A DNA stretch of 64,000 bases, taken from an archaeon. Lineage in GTDB: Archaea; Nanobdellota; Nanobdellia; Woesearchaeales; UBA9642. This document shows, one piece after another, positions 10,012 through 18,548 of this stretch. Every line of letters begins with the position of its first letter. Positions within the stretch are counted from its first letter, which is position 1. The DNA lies in assembly GCA_020057295.1 (NCBI GenBank), contig JAGVGF010000005.1, positions 1 through 64,000 on the forward strand, in the 5' to 3' direction. A program made the translations under genes and the position numbers. The notes below the pieces were generated by a model, which had not been told where the DNA came from, did no database searches, and worked only from the letters and a program-made list of their open reading frames with translations.

Positions 10012-11019
10012 TTATACTGCTGCTTCTAATCTTTCTTCTTTGACGAAGAATGCACATTCACCATCAGCTATGTTTGGTGCGTCTACTAATTTTGCAACTC
10101 TTGAACCTTTCTTACCCTTTCGTAAGTAGATTCTAAATGTTGAGTTGTGTCCTACGATGTTTCCGCCGATTGCTTCTGTTGGATCTCCAAAGAATGTGTC
10201 TGGCTTTGCCATAACTTGATTTGTAACATATACTGTTAAATTGTACATGTCTGCAAGTTTCGCAAGCACGTGCATGTGTTTGTTTAATTTTTGTTGCCTA
10301 TCAGCAAGAGTTCCTCTCCCAACAAATTCTGCTCTAAAATGTGCTGTTAATGAGTCAACAATTATCAGTTTTACATTAAGACCATTTTTTATTAGCTCTT
10401 CTACTTTTTCTGCGAGTAACATTTGATGGTCCGAATTGTACGCGCGTGCAACTTTAATATTTCTTAATACTTGTTCAGGATCCATTCCTAAACCTTTTGC
10501 AAATTGTACGATTCTTTCAGGTCTAAAAGTGCTTTCAGTGTCAATGTATACTACTGCAGCTGTAGGATCTTGTTTTTGAAGACTTACAGATAATAAATGT
10601 CCTATCTGAGTTTTTCCAGAACCGTATTGTCCAAAACATTCTGTTATCGCTCTAGTTTCAAATCCGCCTTCTAGTAATGCGTCGAATGGTTCACAAAATG
10701 TGGATATTTTATGTATTGTGGATCTCTTTTGCATTGCCTCTTCGCCTGACATGAATCCCATATCCATTGATGCTCTTGATGCCTGAATAATTTTTCTCGC
10801 AACAATCTCACTTACGCCCGATGCTTCAACAATTTCTCCAATTGTAGCTACAGCTATTGCAAGCAGCGTATCAAATCCTGCTAATGATAATTTCTCTGCA
10901 GTTGCAGCTCCTACACCAGGAAGACTTGTTACTGATGTCTCGTTTGATTTTTGAACGTTTTTCAAATCTATATTTACATCGTTGTCTAATTCGTTTTCTT
11001 CTACTCTTCTTCTTGCCAT
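10012..11019 (-). CDS. radA: DNA repair and recombination protein RadA
   Basis: N-terminal HhH (LPGVGAATAEKL), Walker A GQYGSGKTQ, YIDTESTFRPER, GRGTLADRQQKL. Confidence 0.97.
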   Translation of the reverse strand: MARRRVEENELDNDVNIDLKNVQKSNETSVTSLPGVGAATAEKLSLAGFDTLLAIAVATIGEIVEASGVSEIVARKIIQASRASMDMGFMSGEEAMQKRSTIHKISTFCEPFDALLEGGFETRAITECFGQYGSGKTQIGHLLSVSLQKQDPTAAVVYIDTESTFRPERIVQFAKGLGMDPEQVLRNIKVARAYNSDHQMLLAEKVEELIKNGLNVKLIIVDSLTAHFRAEFVGRGTLADRQQKLNKHMHVLAKLADMYNLTVYVTNQVMAKPDTFFGDPTEAIGGNIVGHNSTFRIYLRKGKKGSRVAKLVDAPNIADGECAFFVKEERLEAAV

Positions 11020-11055
11020 TTTACATCCCTCACATAATTATTTTGTTAAATATTA

Positions 11056-11075
11056 GAGATAGCTCGCGCTATCTC
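11056..11075 (-). other. RNA hairpin with GNRA tetraloop upstream of radA
   Basis: Minus strand reads GAGATAGC-GCGA-GCTATCTC, a perfect 8-bp stem. Confidence 0.6.
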
Positions 11076-11114
11076 GAAAAAAATAAATTATTAAAAATTT
11101 CTTAAACTAATCTC

Positions 11115-11417
11115 TTAGTATATATCGTCTTCGTCAGCATTCAAAGCTAAGTGCTCGTACGCTTTGTTTAGCACAAGTATTGCTTTAGGAATATCTGCTG
11201 TTCTAAGAGAATTAGTCGTTTGCCACTGATCGTTTTTATCCTTGTAACTGCGCTCGAAGGCTACAGTCTTGTACTCTACCTTTTTTCCATCACGAACGGC
11301 CTCATTAGACCATACTGTGGCTGTTATTGCGCCAGACCTGAATTTTGTCTCTGGCATTTTTTTACCCATCACGTCGTTAACGGATGGTAACTTTATCTGT
11401 GTTTTTTTCGCTTCCAT
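11115..11417 (-). CDS. Small putative single-stranded nucleic-acid-binding protein (PC4-like fold, tentative)
   Basis: Beta-rich core with exposed aromatics (ATVW, ERSYKD..W), C-terminal helix, acidic tail DEDDIY; GAGG SD; co-oriented upstream of radA. Confidence 0.6.
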   Translation of the reverse strand: MEAKKTQIKLPSVNDVMGKKMPETKFRSGAITATVWSNEAVRDGKKVEYKTVAFERSYKDKNDQWQTTNSLRTADIPKAILVLNKAYEHLALNADEDDIY

Positions 11418-11450
11418 TTTTTCCTCTTGCTTGTCGCATTTTATTTCAAA

Positions 11451-11526
11451 TCCCTTTATAGAGCTGCAAACCCGAAGGGTAGGCGCTCAGGGGACGAGGT
11501 GTAGGCATCAATTTTTGACACCTACA
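11451..11526 (-). ncRNA. Candidate structured 5' leader or small RNA (two hairpins)
   Basis: GC-rich island; 12-bp stem at 11500-11526 pairs fully only on the minus strand (two G-U); second stem-loop 11451-11494 contains CUUCGG; TATA at ~11546-11555. Confidence 0.55.
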
Positions 11527-11874
11527 AATACTGTAGAAGCATTGTTATTTATATACCCTGCCAGAGATTGTCCAGTGTGGGAAGTGTAAAACAGAGATAG
11601 AACAACACCTTATTTCTCGTCGACAAAACGCTTGCCTTTATAAATAAAAATATTTATAAACTAGTTTTATTTCACTCAATGATTCGCGTGAATTATTTTA
11701 TTGTTGCGCGTTATATTAGGAGGATGGTTTTTACGAGCTGTATACTAAAAAAGTGTTCAAAAAATATTCATACAAACTTCTGTATAAGTCTTCTAAGTTA
11801 GTTAAACATACAAAGAATCCTATAGTTCTAAGCATATTCATTTTCTTAACGAAGATATTTGGAGGAATAATAGA

Positions 11875-12465
11875 ATGAATGGAAAAACCGTTTTAGAATT
11901 TAAATCAAGGAGTAAACAAAAAGAAATTGTTCTAACTCAAAGTGTAATTGTTGGAAATAGAATTCCTAAAGATTATTTTGTAACGTCAGGAAGTGGAGAA
12001 TCTGATATTACAATTCATGCAGGTTCATATCATTTAGCATTAAAAGATGCCGGAATAGAAGTGGGCAATATAATGACATACTCGAGTATTTTACCAGCAA
12101 TAGCAACAGAGATAGAAAAACCAGAATTGACTCACGGAGAGGTTGTTGAAAGTATAATGGCAGTTTCTCATGCAGAGAAAGGTCAAAAGGCCACTGCAGG
12201 AATAATATATGGATGGTTATACAATAAGAAAACAGGAAAGAAACATGGCGGCTTAGTTTGTGAACATAATGGAAATTATGATGAACGAGAAGTTGAAAAA
12301 AAATTAATGGCAAGCATCAACGAACTTTACGTAAATGGATTTAACGATAAGTATAAATTAGAAGATATTAAAATGATAACTAAGAGTTTCACTCCTAAGA
12401 AAAAGCACGGCACAGCACTTGTTGCACTTTGTTTTAAGAATTATGTTGTGCCGATTATTGGATAA
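11875..12465 (+). CDS. pdaD: Pyruvoyl-dependent arginine decarboxylase
   Basis: IPKDYFVTSGSGES, SYHLALKDAGI and NIMTYSSILP (Ser-Ser self-cleavage site). Confidence 0.88.
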   Translation: MNGKTVLEFKSRSKQKEIVLTQSVIVGNRIPKDYFVTSGSGESDITIHAGSYHLALKDAGIEVGNIMTYSSILPAIATEIEKPELTHGEVVESIMAVSHAEKGQKATAGIIYGWLYNKKTGKKHGGLVCEHNGNYDEREVEKKLMASINELYVNGFNDKYKLEDIKMITKSFTPKKKHGTALVALCFKNYVVPIIG

Positions 12466-12476
12466 AGCGGAAAGAA

Positions 12477-12800
12477 TTATTTTCTAGGATTTTTTCCACA
12501 CACATAATAGTATACTATCGCGCCCAATATAGTTAATAGCACAATTACAATAATCCAAACAATCTTTTGAGTATCATCCTTGAATTTTCTCAGGGCACAA
12601 TCAACAATCATATATACTGTAAAGGCAAGCGCGCAGATAATGACCAGAAAGTGTGACAGCATCAACAGGACAAATGATATCCCGAATGTAGGCGTCTCTG
12701 CGCCCACTTGTGAAATGATAAAACTGAAGAAGAAAATTATGTGAAGAATAAACCATACAATGTAAATCGGAATCAGATATTTGAATATCGGCTTAGTCAT
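12477..12800 (-). CDS. Small membrane protein with PLDc N-terminal-like domain
   Basis: MIVDC...KIVWIIVIVLLTILGAIVYY motif. Confidence 0.75.
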   Translation of the reverse strand: MTKPIFKYLIPIYIVWFILHIIFFFSFIISQVGAETPTFGISFVLLMLSHFLVIICALAFTVYMIVDCALRKFKDDTQKIVWIIVIVLLTILGAIVYYYVCGKNPRK

Positions 12801-12914
12801 CGTATACCTTAGATGTAGTTATATTTAAAGATTACTGAACATAAGCCTTAAATAAAACATATTTTCATAATCTTTATATTCTATATTTTATTCTCTAACA
12901 TTTGAGGTGTTTTA

Positions 12915-13748
12915 ATGGAAAATATTCATGCAAATCATAATAAAATTAATACCGGTTCTCAAGAGCATACTCCTGAACTCAAGAATGCTACACTGATTAC
13001 AGGCGCATCTTCAGGTATCGGCCTTGAATTTGCAAAGATATTTGCAAGACACGGACATAACCTCATTCTTGTTGCACGAAGTGAGGAAACTCTTAAATCT
13101 TTAAAAGAACATTTAGAAAAGAATTTTGGTGTTGATGTCAAAATACTCGTTCAAGATCTTAAATATTATAATGCTCCTCAAGCAATATATGATGCAGTTA
13201 AATTAGATAATATTAATGTTAACATCTTGGTTAACAATGCGGGCTTCGGAACATATGGCAAATTTTCTGATACAAACTTAGAGGCAGAGCTTGAGATGAT
13301 TCAAGTTAATATTACAGCATTAACACATTTAACTAAATTATTTTTGAAAGATATGATTACACATAATACTGGCAGAGTATTAAATGTTGCAAGTACTGCA
13401 AGCTTTCAACCAGGACCATTAATGGCAGTATATTTCGCTTCTAAATCTTATGTATTATCATTCTCCGAAGCTCTGGCTGAAGAATTAAGCAATACAAAGA
13501 TTAAAATTACAGCATTATGTCCTGGACCAACACAGACAAATTTTCAAAAGTCTGCAAATATCGATGATGGAAAATTATTCGGAAATAAAGATCCTACAGC
13601 AAAAGAAGTTGCAGAATATGGATATGACGCAATGATTCAAGGAAAAAGAGTTGCTGTTTACGGTCTAAAGAACAAATTCCTTGTACAAACCACAAGATTT
13701 ACTCCAAGAAACGTAATAACAAGAATAGTAAAGAAAATGCAAGAATAA
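12915..13748 (+). CDS. Short-chain dehydrogenase/reductase (DltE-like)
   Basis: TGASSGIG, NNAGFG and catalytic YFASK (YxxxK). Confidence 0.93.
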   Translation: MENIHANHNKINTGSQEHTPELKNATLITGASSGIGLEFAKIFARHGHNLILVARSEETLKSLKEHLEKNFGVDVKILVQDLKYYNAPQAIYDAVKLDNINVNILVNNAGFGTYGKFSDTNLEAELEMIQVNITALTHLTKLFLKDMITHNTGRVLNVASTASFQPGPLMAVYFASKSYVLSFSEALAEELSNTKIKITALCPGPTQTNFQKSANIDDGKLFGNKDPTAKEVAEYGYDAMIQGKRVAVYGLKNKFLVQTTRFTPRNVITRIVKKMQE

Positions 13749-13770
13749 TACATAATTTAAGAGCAATATT

Positions 13771-14499
13771 TTATTTTTCTAATAACATTTTCTTTGTTTG
13801 TGTATAAGATGTTCCATCGTTAAGTCTTACTCTTGCAACTAAATTATATATTCCAGAACTCAAGCCATTACCGTTAAACACTCCGTTATATGTTCCTGGT
13901 TTTAATTGTGAGTTAAATAATGTTGAAACTTCTCTTCCAAGAATATCATAAACTCTTACATCAACATTCGCATTTTCTATAACATCAAAAGATATATTTG
14001 TTTCTGGATTGAATGGATTCGGATAATTCTGATTTAATTTAAAATATGAAGGATTTCCAAGATTTGCAGCATTATTAACTCCTGTTGTTTTTCCTGTGAT
14101 TATGCTATCTATAGTCTTATACGTTACCGGTACATCTATTGTGCTGTCTGGAGCAAATCCTATCGTAAACATCTTTTCTTTAGGAATATTATCAACTATA
14201 GATTTTATTGAATCATTATGTGCTGTTTTAGGCATTAAGTAGAACGTGTTAAAAACCATTGAAGGATTATTTTGTTTTTTACCGAATGCTGACGGGACAA
14301 AGTTTGCCGTATCGTTTCCACTACCTAAATTTATACGATAATCTATACCATCACCATATTTTCCCTTCATAACGTAACCGTGATTCTTGAATTCTTGTCC
14401 TAATTGTTGGAATGCTTGATCTAGCTTAGACTGCGCATTAACTATGTATGATGATGCTAATAGTAATCCTGCAATTATTGTGTTTCGTATTATTTTCAT
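13771..14499 (-). CDS. Secreted protein with T9SS type A sorting-domain-like (FlgD-Ig) C-terminus
   Basis: Signal peptide ending VNA|Q; C-terminus LNQNYPNPFNPETNISF..VYDILGREV..LSSGIY..TKKMLLEK. Confidence 0.85.
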   Translation of the reverse strand: MKIIRNTIIAGLLLASSYIVNAQSKLDQAFQQLGQEFKNHGYVMKGKYGDGIDYRINLGSGNDTANFVPSAFGKKQNNPSMVFNTFYLMPKTAHNDSIKSIVDNIPKEKMFTIGFAPDSTIDVPVTYKTIDSIITGKTTGVNNAANLGNPSYFKLNQNYPNPFNPETNISFDVIENANVDVRVYDILGREVSTLFNSQLKPGTYNGVFNGNGLSSGIYNLVARVRLNDGTSYTQTKKMLLEK

Positions 14500-14507
14500 T
14501 TTTTTAC

Positions 14508-17500
14508 CTATTGAACAATTTCTCCTACAAGTTTTCCACTCAATACATTAGATACAACAGTTATCGTAAATTGTCTAATATTATCTGCTTTATTAGTCTC
14601 TATTAACACATTATCCGAATCTATAGTTATATTTCCATTAAATGTTCCTGCACTTGTATAATTGAAGTATTCCCATCCATCTATAGGATAATCGAATACT
14701 GGAACTGTTCGTGTTATTGTTTGCTGACCAGTATTTATTGTATATTTGAAATTATTTATATTTTGATTTTCATTTTTCATGATCACAAAGTTCACTCCAA
14801 CGGTCTGTCCTATTTTTGGAGTGGTATTATCTACATAGACACTATCGACGTATGCATTAAATGTTATTATTGGAGGAGTAATTGCTGCTGTTACAGGAAT
14901 TGTTGATTTTACTGTTGTTGAGCCATCTGTTACCGAGATATTAAAGTCGTAATTTCCTGTCAAATTAGTCTGTTTTGCAATGAATGTAATATTTTGAACT
15001 AATGTTTGACCGCCATTAATAATTGTTGGACTTGCAAAGATATAATTCCATGCAGAATTTCCTTCAATTGTTGTGGTAAATGTTCTTGGTAAACAATAAA
15101 TATTATCGTTGTTTGTGATACTTGCTGTTGCAGTTCCGTTAGTCACATCAGCTAATGTATCTATGAAGTTGAACGGTCCTCCATTAATTGTTATTGTTGG
15201 ATTATTACGTATGCAAGGATCAATAAATGATATACTATGAATTCCTGTTACAGATAGTCCTGAATCATTGTTCTTAGCCGTAATACTGAATGTAGTATTT
15301 ATGTATGAAACTGTTGTTACATTGTAAGCTAATCTTTTTTTAACACCTGCACTTATTGTTAAATTGTTAACATCTACAGGAACATAATTTCCAGTACTCA
15401 TATTATAAACTAATAATTGATACGACATAGGATTTGTTGTTGTAATATTAAATATTGCATCAGTACAATATGAATTATCATTATTTGTGACATTGAATTG
15501 CACTACCGTATTATTGTCTATTCCTTGTCTTAATAAGATATCGCTTGGAACAGCGATTGTAGGAGTATTTCTTACGCATGGATCGATTACATTGATGCTA
15601 ATATCTCTTAGCGTACTCATAGCACCATTAAAATTGGTGAAATTAACATTAATATTATAGGTTCCAGGAATTGCATTTACTGGAGTCACATTGTAGAACA
15701 ATATAAATTCTGAGTTGGTATTTCTTCGTATATATTTATTATTATACCATTTTTCAAGTCTATATCCTACAATTGTCCTATTATAAGGCTGTCCTGTTGT
15801 TTGATTGATAAGAGTTACATTATATAAGTAAGATGTGTTGTAATATACCTCTGTAATCCATCCTTCAGGGAATGTGACATTGTATAAAAATACACTATCC
15901 TGACAACTTGAACTGTCATTATTTCTAACTGTTATTGGCATCATAAATGACTCTCCCTGATTGATAGCATAATTTAATACTCCTTTGAATATAGGAGTTC
16001 TTGTTGTACAAGAATCGTTTGAAAATGACATATTAGAATATTTAGAAAGTATTAATCTTTGATAAGTTTGGGCAAATTCTTGAACAGTTACATTCATTGA
16101 TGGAGCAAAAGAATAAGGTTTGCCTCCAAACCATGATCTAGGTATTGTTGCATACACAATAATATTTTTTGAACTTGTTTCATTTAATGTTATTGTTTTA
16201 TCGAAGAATTGAACTAATTCTCCAGAAGGTAATTTCTCAAAGTATTCTAAAGTCCAACTTTCTGGATAATTTGGTTCTAAAATTATATGTGACTCTTTAC
16301 AACCAGCATAAGCTTTACCTTGGAACGTATATCCGAAATTAAATAGATTAGCATAAGGTCTGTGTATTGACATTGTAACTCTTGAAGTATCGGCAGAAAT
16401 TTTTATTGGCTCTCTAAAATAACATGATGGTTGCGTTAAATTGACTTCGAATGTCGCACTACCTTCTGTTGAATTATCAACAGATAAAGTTTTTATTCTT
16501 ATACCCATAGGTGCATCAATGTAAGTTTTGTCAACATTCAGCGTTACATTCATCGTATCATAATATGATGCAGATGTTCCTCCAATAGAGTTTGGAGTCA
16601 TGTCAAGTAAATATGTTCTTGCAAAATTTTCGCTTGTTGAAGAAAATTCATTCATCACATTAACAAATATACCGTTTAAGTTGTCTTTAGTATTTGGCCA
16701 TCCGCCCGTGCTATAATTAGTTTTTGAATCAAAACCTATTGGTCTTCTTATTTCTATATACATGTAAGGTGTTGAAGTGTTTGGATCTGAGCCTATGGGA
16801 TATATTTTTGCTGCATGTATTCCGTTGTTAGATTCCAAAGGATTTATTGTATAAGTTCCATTAGTAACTACAGATTGTATTGTGCTTTGATTTATCCATC
16901 CGTTTAATTCTTTATAATATGCATTTGTATGAAGTGTGAATGAAGTTGTTCCCATAATATCATAATAATTACCGTAATTGTAACTAGCGTACGGATCATT
17001 GAGATTATTTTCATTACATGCTTGTCCATACATTACAATGCCTGGTTCACATCTCATAATTCCTGCATGATTTGCTCCAAATCCGTGTCCTCCAAGTTCG
17101 TGTGAAACAAGATAATCAAGATTTGTCCAATTAAACGGTTGTGTTCCCCATCCTGAAGGGTTTTTGTATGTTGATTGATTGTTAATGTTAATACTTCCAA
17201 CCCAGGAAACAGAAGTGTTCCAGATTTCATTACCGACTTTATTTTGTGAAATACCCACATATGAAGTTCCACCAGTAAAATAATGATGATTAACTAAGAT
17301 TAATATTCTATCATATTGAGTCATATTAATACTTAAAGAATCAGAATATGTTTTAATATCATCTAATGTTGGAGGATATATGCTAAATGATCCTGAAGAA
17401 ACAGAATTATGAGGTATTTGATACCATCCATATACGTCAGCAGTTATGTTGCCTACTTTTCCATATGATTGTTCCTGCATAAATTTTGCAAATGGACCAT

Positions 17501-18401
17501 TCTCTAATCTTTCTTTAACATATGTAGAAGTCATATTTTCAGGATTTGGATTTTGAGAATCAGTAAAACTAACCATGAATACAACAATCTTTTGTGGACC
17601 TATAGTTAGTACAGGACCATTTTCTAATATCTTTACATCTGAAGTTTTTACTGCAATATCATTGTCGATTATCAGACCACTAACAGTGATTTTAGATCCT
17701 GAACGCAATTCAGGGTTTAATTGTAATAAATTGTCTGTAGGATTTATATTATACATCTTGTTATTTGATAATATATTATAAGTATAAATAGAATTTCCTG
17801 CTTTATCCTCACTTACGAGAATATTAAGATATCCTTCTAGAACTATTGGTTGTTCTATATTTTCAGATAAATCTGCATAAGATTCATCAATTGCTACAAC
17901 AGATTTATCGAAGAATTTTTCAACATTGTTTTCCAGTAATTTTTTCATTAAAGGTTTACGTTCAACAATCACTGATTCTGTTACAGTATTATCTATAATC
18001 TGTTCATTGATTTGATCTATGCGATCTGTGTTAGTTATCTGTACGGGCACAGGACTTAATGAAACTGGAGGAGTATATTGCTGACTGTTAGTATTACTTC
18101 CAGATCCTCCGCCGCTAGAACCGCCACCAGAATTTCCTGAGTTTTTTCCATTATTAGTGGTTGTTATCTTTAGAGATACTTGATTAGAATTTTCTTTGTT
18201 TGAATCGTTATTATGTAAATTATTTGTTAATGTGTTATTTGTAGATATATTAGAATCTAATGATTGAATAGAGTCTGTTCTAGGTGTGCCTGGATCACGA
18301 TTAACATTTCCGTTAAAATCATCATTTATAGTGCATCCTACTAGAAATAAAGAGAATAATACTAGTACTACCAATGTATTAAATTTACTTCCCCCATACA
18401 T
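14508..18401 (-). CDS. Large secreted/lipoprotein zinc metalloprotease (M6/M11-like metzincin) with repeated Ig-like modules and CARDB-like C-terminus
   Basis: LFLVGC lipobox-like signal; HELGGHGFGANH Zn motif; YGNYYDIMG Met-turn; repeated CxRxxP...NNDxxxC modules; IDSDNVLIETNKADN CARDB-like end. Confidence 0.75.
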   Translation of the reverse strand: MYGGSKFNTLVVLVLFSLFLVGCTINDDFNGNVNRDPGTPRTDSIQSLDSNISTNNTLTNNLHNNDSNKENSNQVSLKITTTNNGKNSGNSGGGSSGGGSGSNTNSQQYTPPVSLSPVPVQITNTDRIDQINEQIIDNTVTESVIVERKPLMKKLLENNVEKFFDKSVVAIDESYADLSENIEQPIVLEGYLNILVSEDKAGNSIYTYNILSNNKMYNINPTDNLLQLNPELRSGSKITVSGLIIDNDIAVKTSDVKILENGPVLTIGPQKIVVFMVSFTDSQNPNPENMTSTYVKERLENGPFAKFMQEQSYGKVGNITADVYGWYQIPHNSVSSGSFSIYPPTLDDIKTYSDSLSINMTQYDRILILVNHHYFTGGTSYVGISQNKVGNEIWNTSVSWVGSININNQSTYKNPSGWGTQPFNWTNLDYLVSHELGGHGFGANHAGIMRCEPGIVMYGQACNENNLNDPYASYNYGNYYDIMGTTSFTLHTNAYYKELNGWINQSTIQSVVTNGTYTINPLESNNGIHAAKIYPIGSDPNTSTPYMYIEIRRPIGFDSKTNYSTGGWPNTKDNLNGIFVNVMNEFSSTSENFARTYLLDMTPNSIGGTSASYYDTMNVTLNVDKTYIDAPMGIRIKTLSVDNSTEGSATFEVNLTQPSCYFREPIKISADTSRVTMSIHRPYANLFNFGYTFQGKAYAGCKESHIILEPNYPESWTLEYFEKLPSGELVQFFDKTITLNETSSKNIIVYATIPRSWFGGKPYSFAPSMNVTVQEFAQTYQRLILSKYSNMSFSNDSCTTRTPIFKGVLNYAINQGESFMMPITVRNNDSSSCQDSVFLYNVTFPEGWITEVYYNTSYLYNVTLINQTTGQPYNRTIVGYRLEKWYNNKYIRRNTNSEFILFYNVTPVNAIPGTYNINVNFTNFNGAMSTLRDISINVIDPCVRNTPTIAVPSDILLRQGIDNNTVVQFNVTNNDNSYCTDAIFNITTTNPMSYQLLVYNMSTGNYVPVDVNNLTISAGVKKRLAYNVTTVSYINTTFSITAKNNDSGLSVTGIHSISFIDPCIRNNPTITINGGPFNFIDTLADVTNGTATASITNNDNIYCLPRTFTTTIEGNSAWNYIFASPTIINGGQTLVQNITFIAKQTNLTGNYDFNISVTDGSTTVKSTIPVTAAITPPIITFNAYVDSVYVDNTTPKIGQTVGVNFVIMKNENQNINNFKYTINTGQQTITRTVPVFDYPIDGWEYFNYTSAGTFNGNITIDSDNVLIETNKADNIRQFTITVVSNVLSGKLVGEIVQ

Positions 18402-18477
18402 GTTACTGTTCAGTAGCTACACTTTATAAAGTTTACGTTTAGAACGTTTCCACAATAAAAGAAATTCCCATTTCTTA

Positions 18478-18504
18478 ATTGTGAAAATTTCAGATTTTCA
18501 CAAT
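18478..18504. promoter_or_regulatory. Perfect 11-bp inverted repeat, candidate operator
   Basis: ATTGTGAAAAT-ttcag-ATTTTCACAAT between the divergent protease and ackA genes, just upstream of TTTAAAA. Confidence 0.5.
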
Positions 18505-18548
18505 CTTTAAAAGTAGCTCTATATATAGTATCAAAAAAGAGGGTGTGT

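Noticed and set aside
11269-11589. 106-aa plus-strand ORF across the structured leader
   Set aside because: Overlaps the minus-strand gene; GC richness is better explained by RNA stems whose G-U pairs point to the minus strand
18106-18135. Gly/Ser-rich GC patch in the protease gene
   Set aside because: Low-complexity linker coding sequence, not a separate element
18479-18503. Rex operator (TTGTGAA-N4-TTCACAA)
   Set aside because: Half-sites match but the spacer is 11 nt, not 4; kept only as a generic operator candidate
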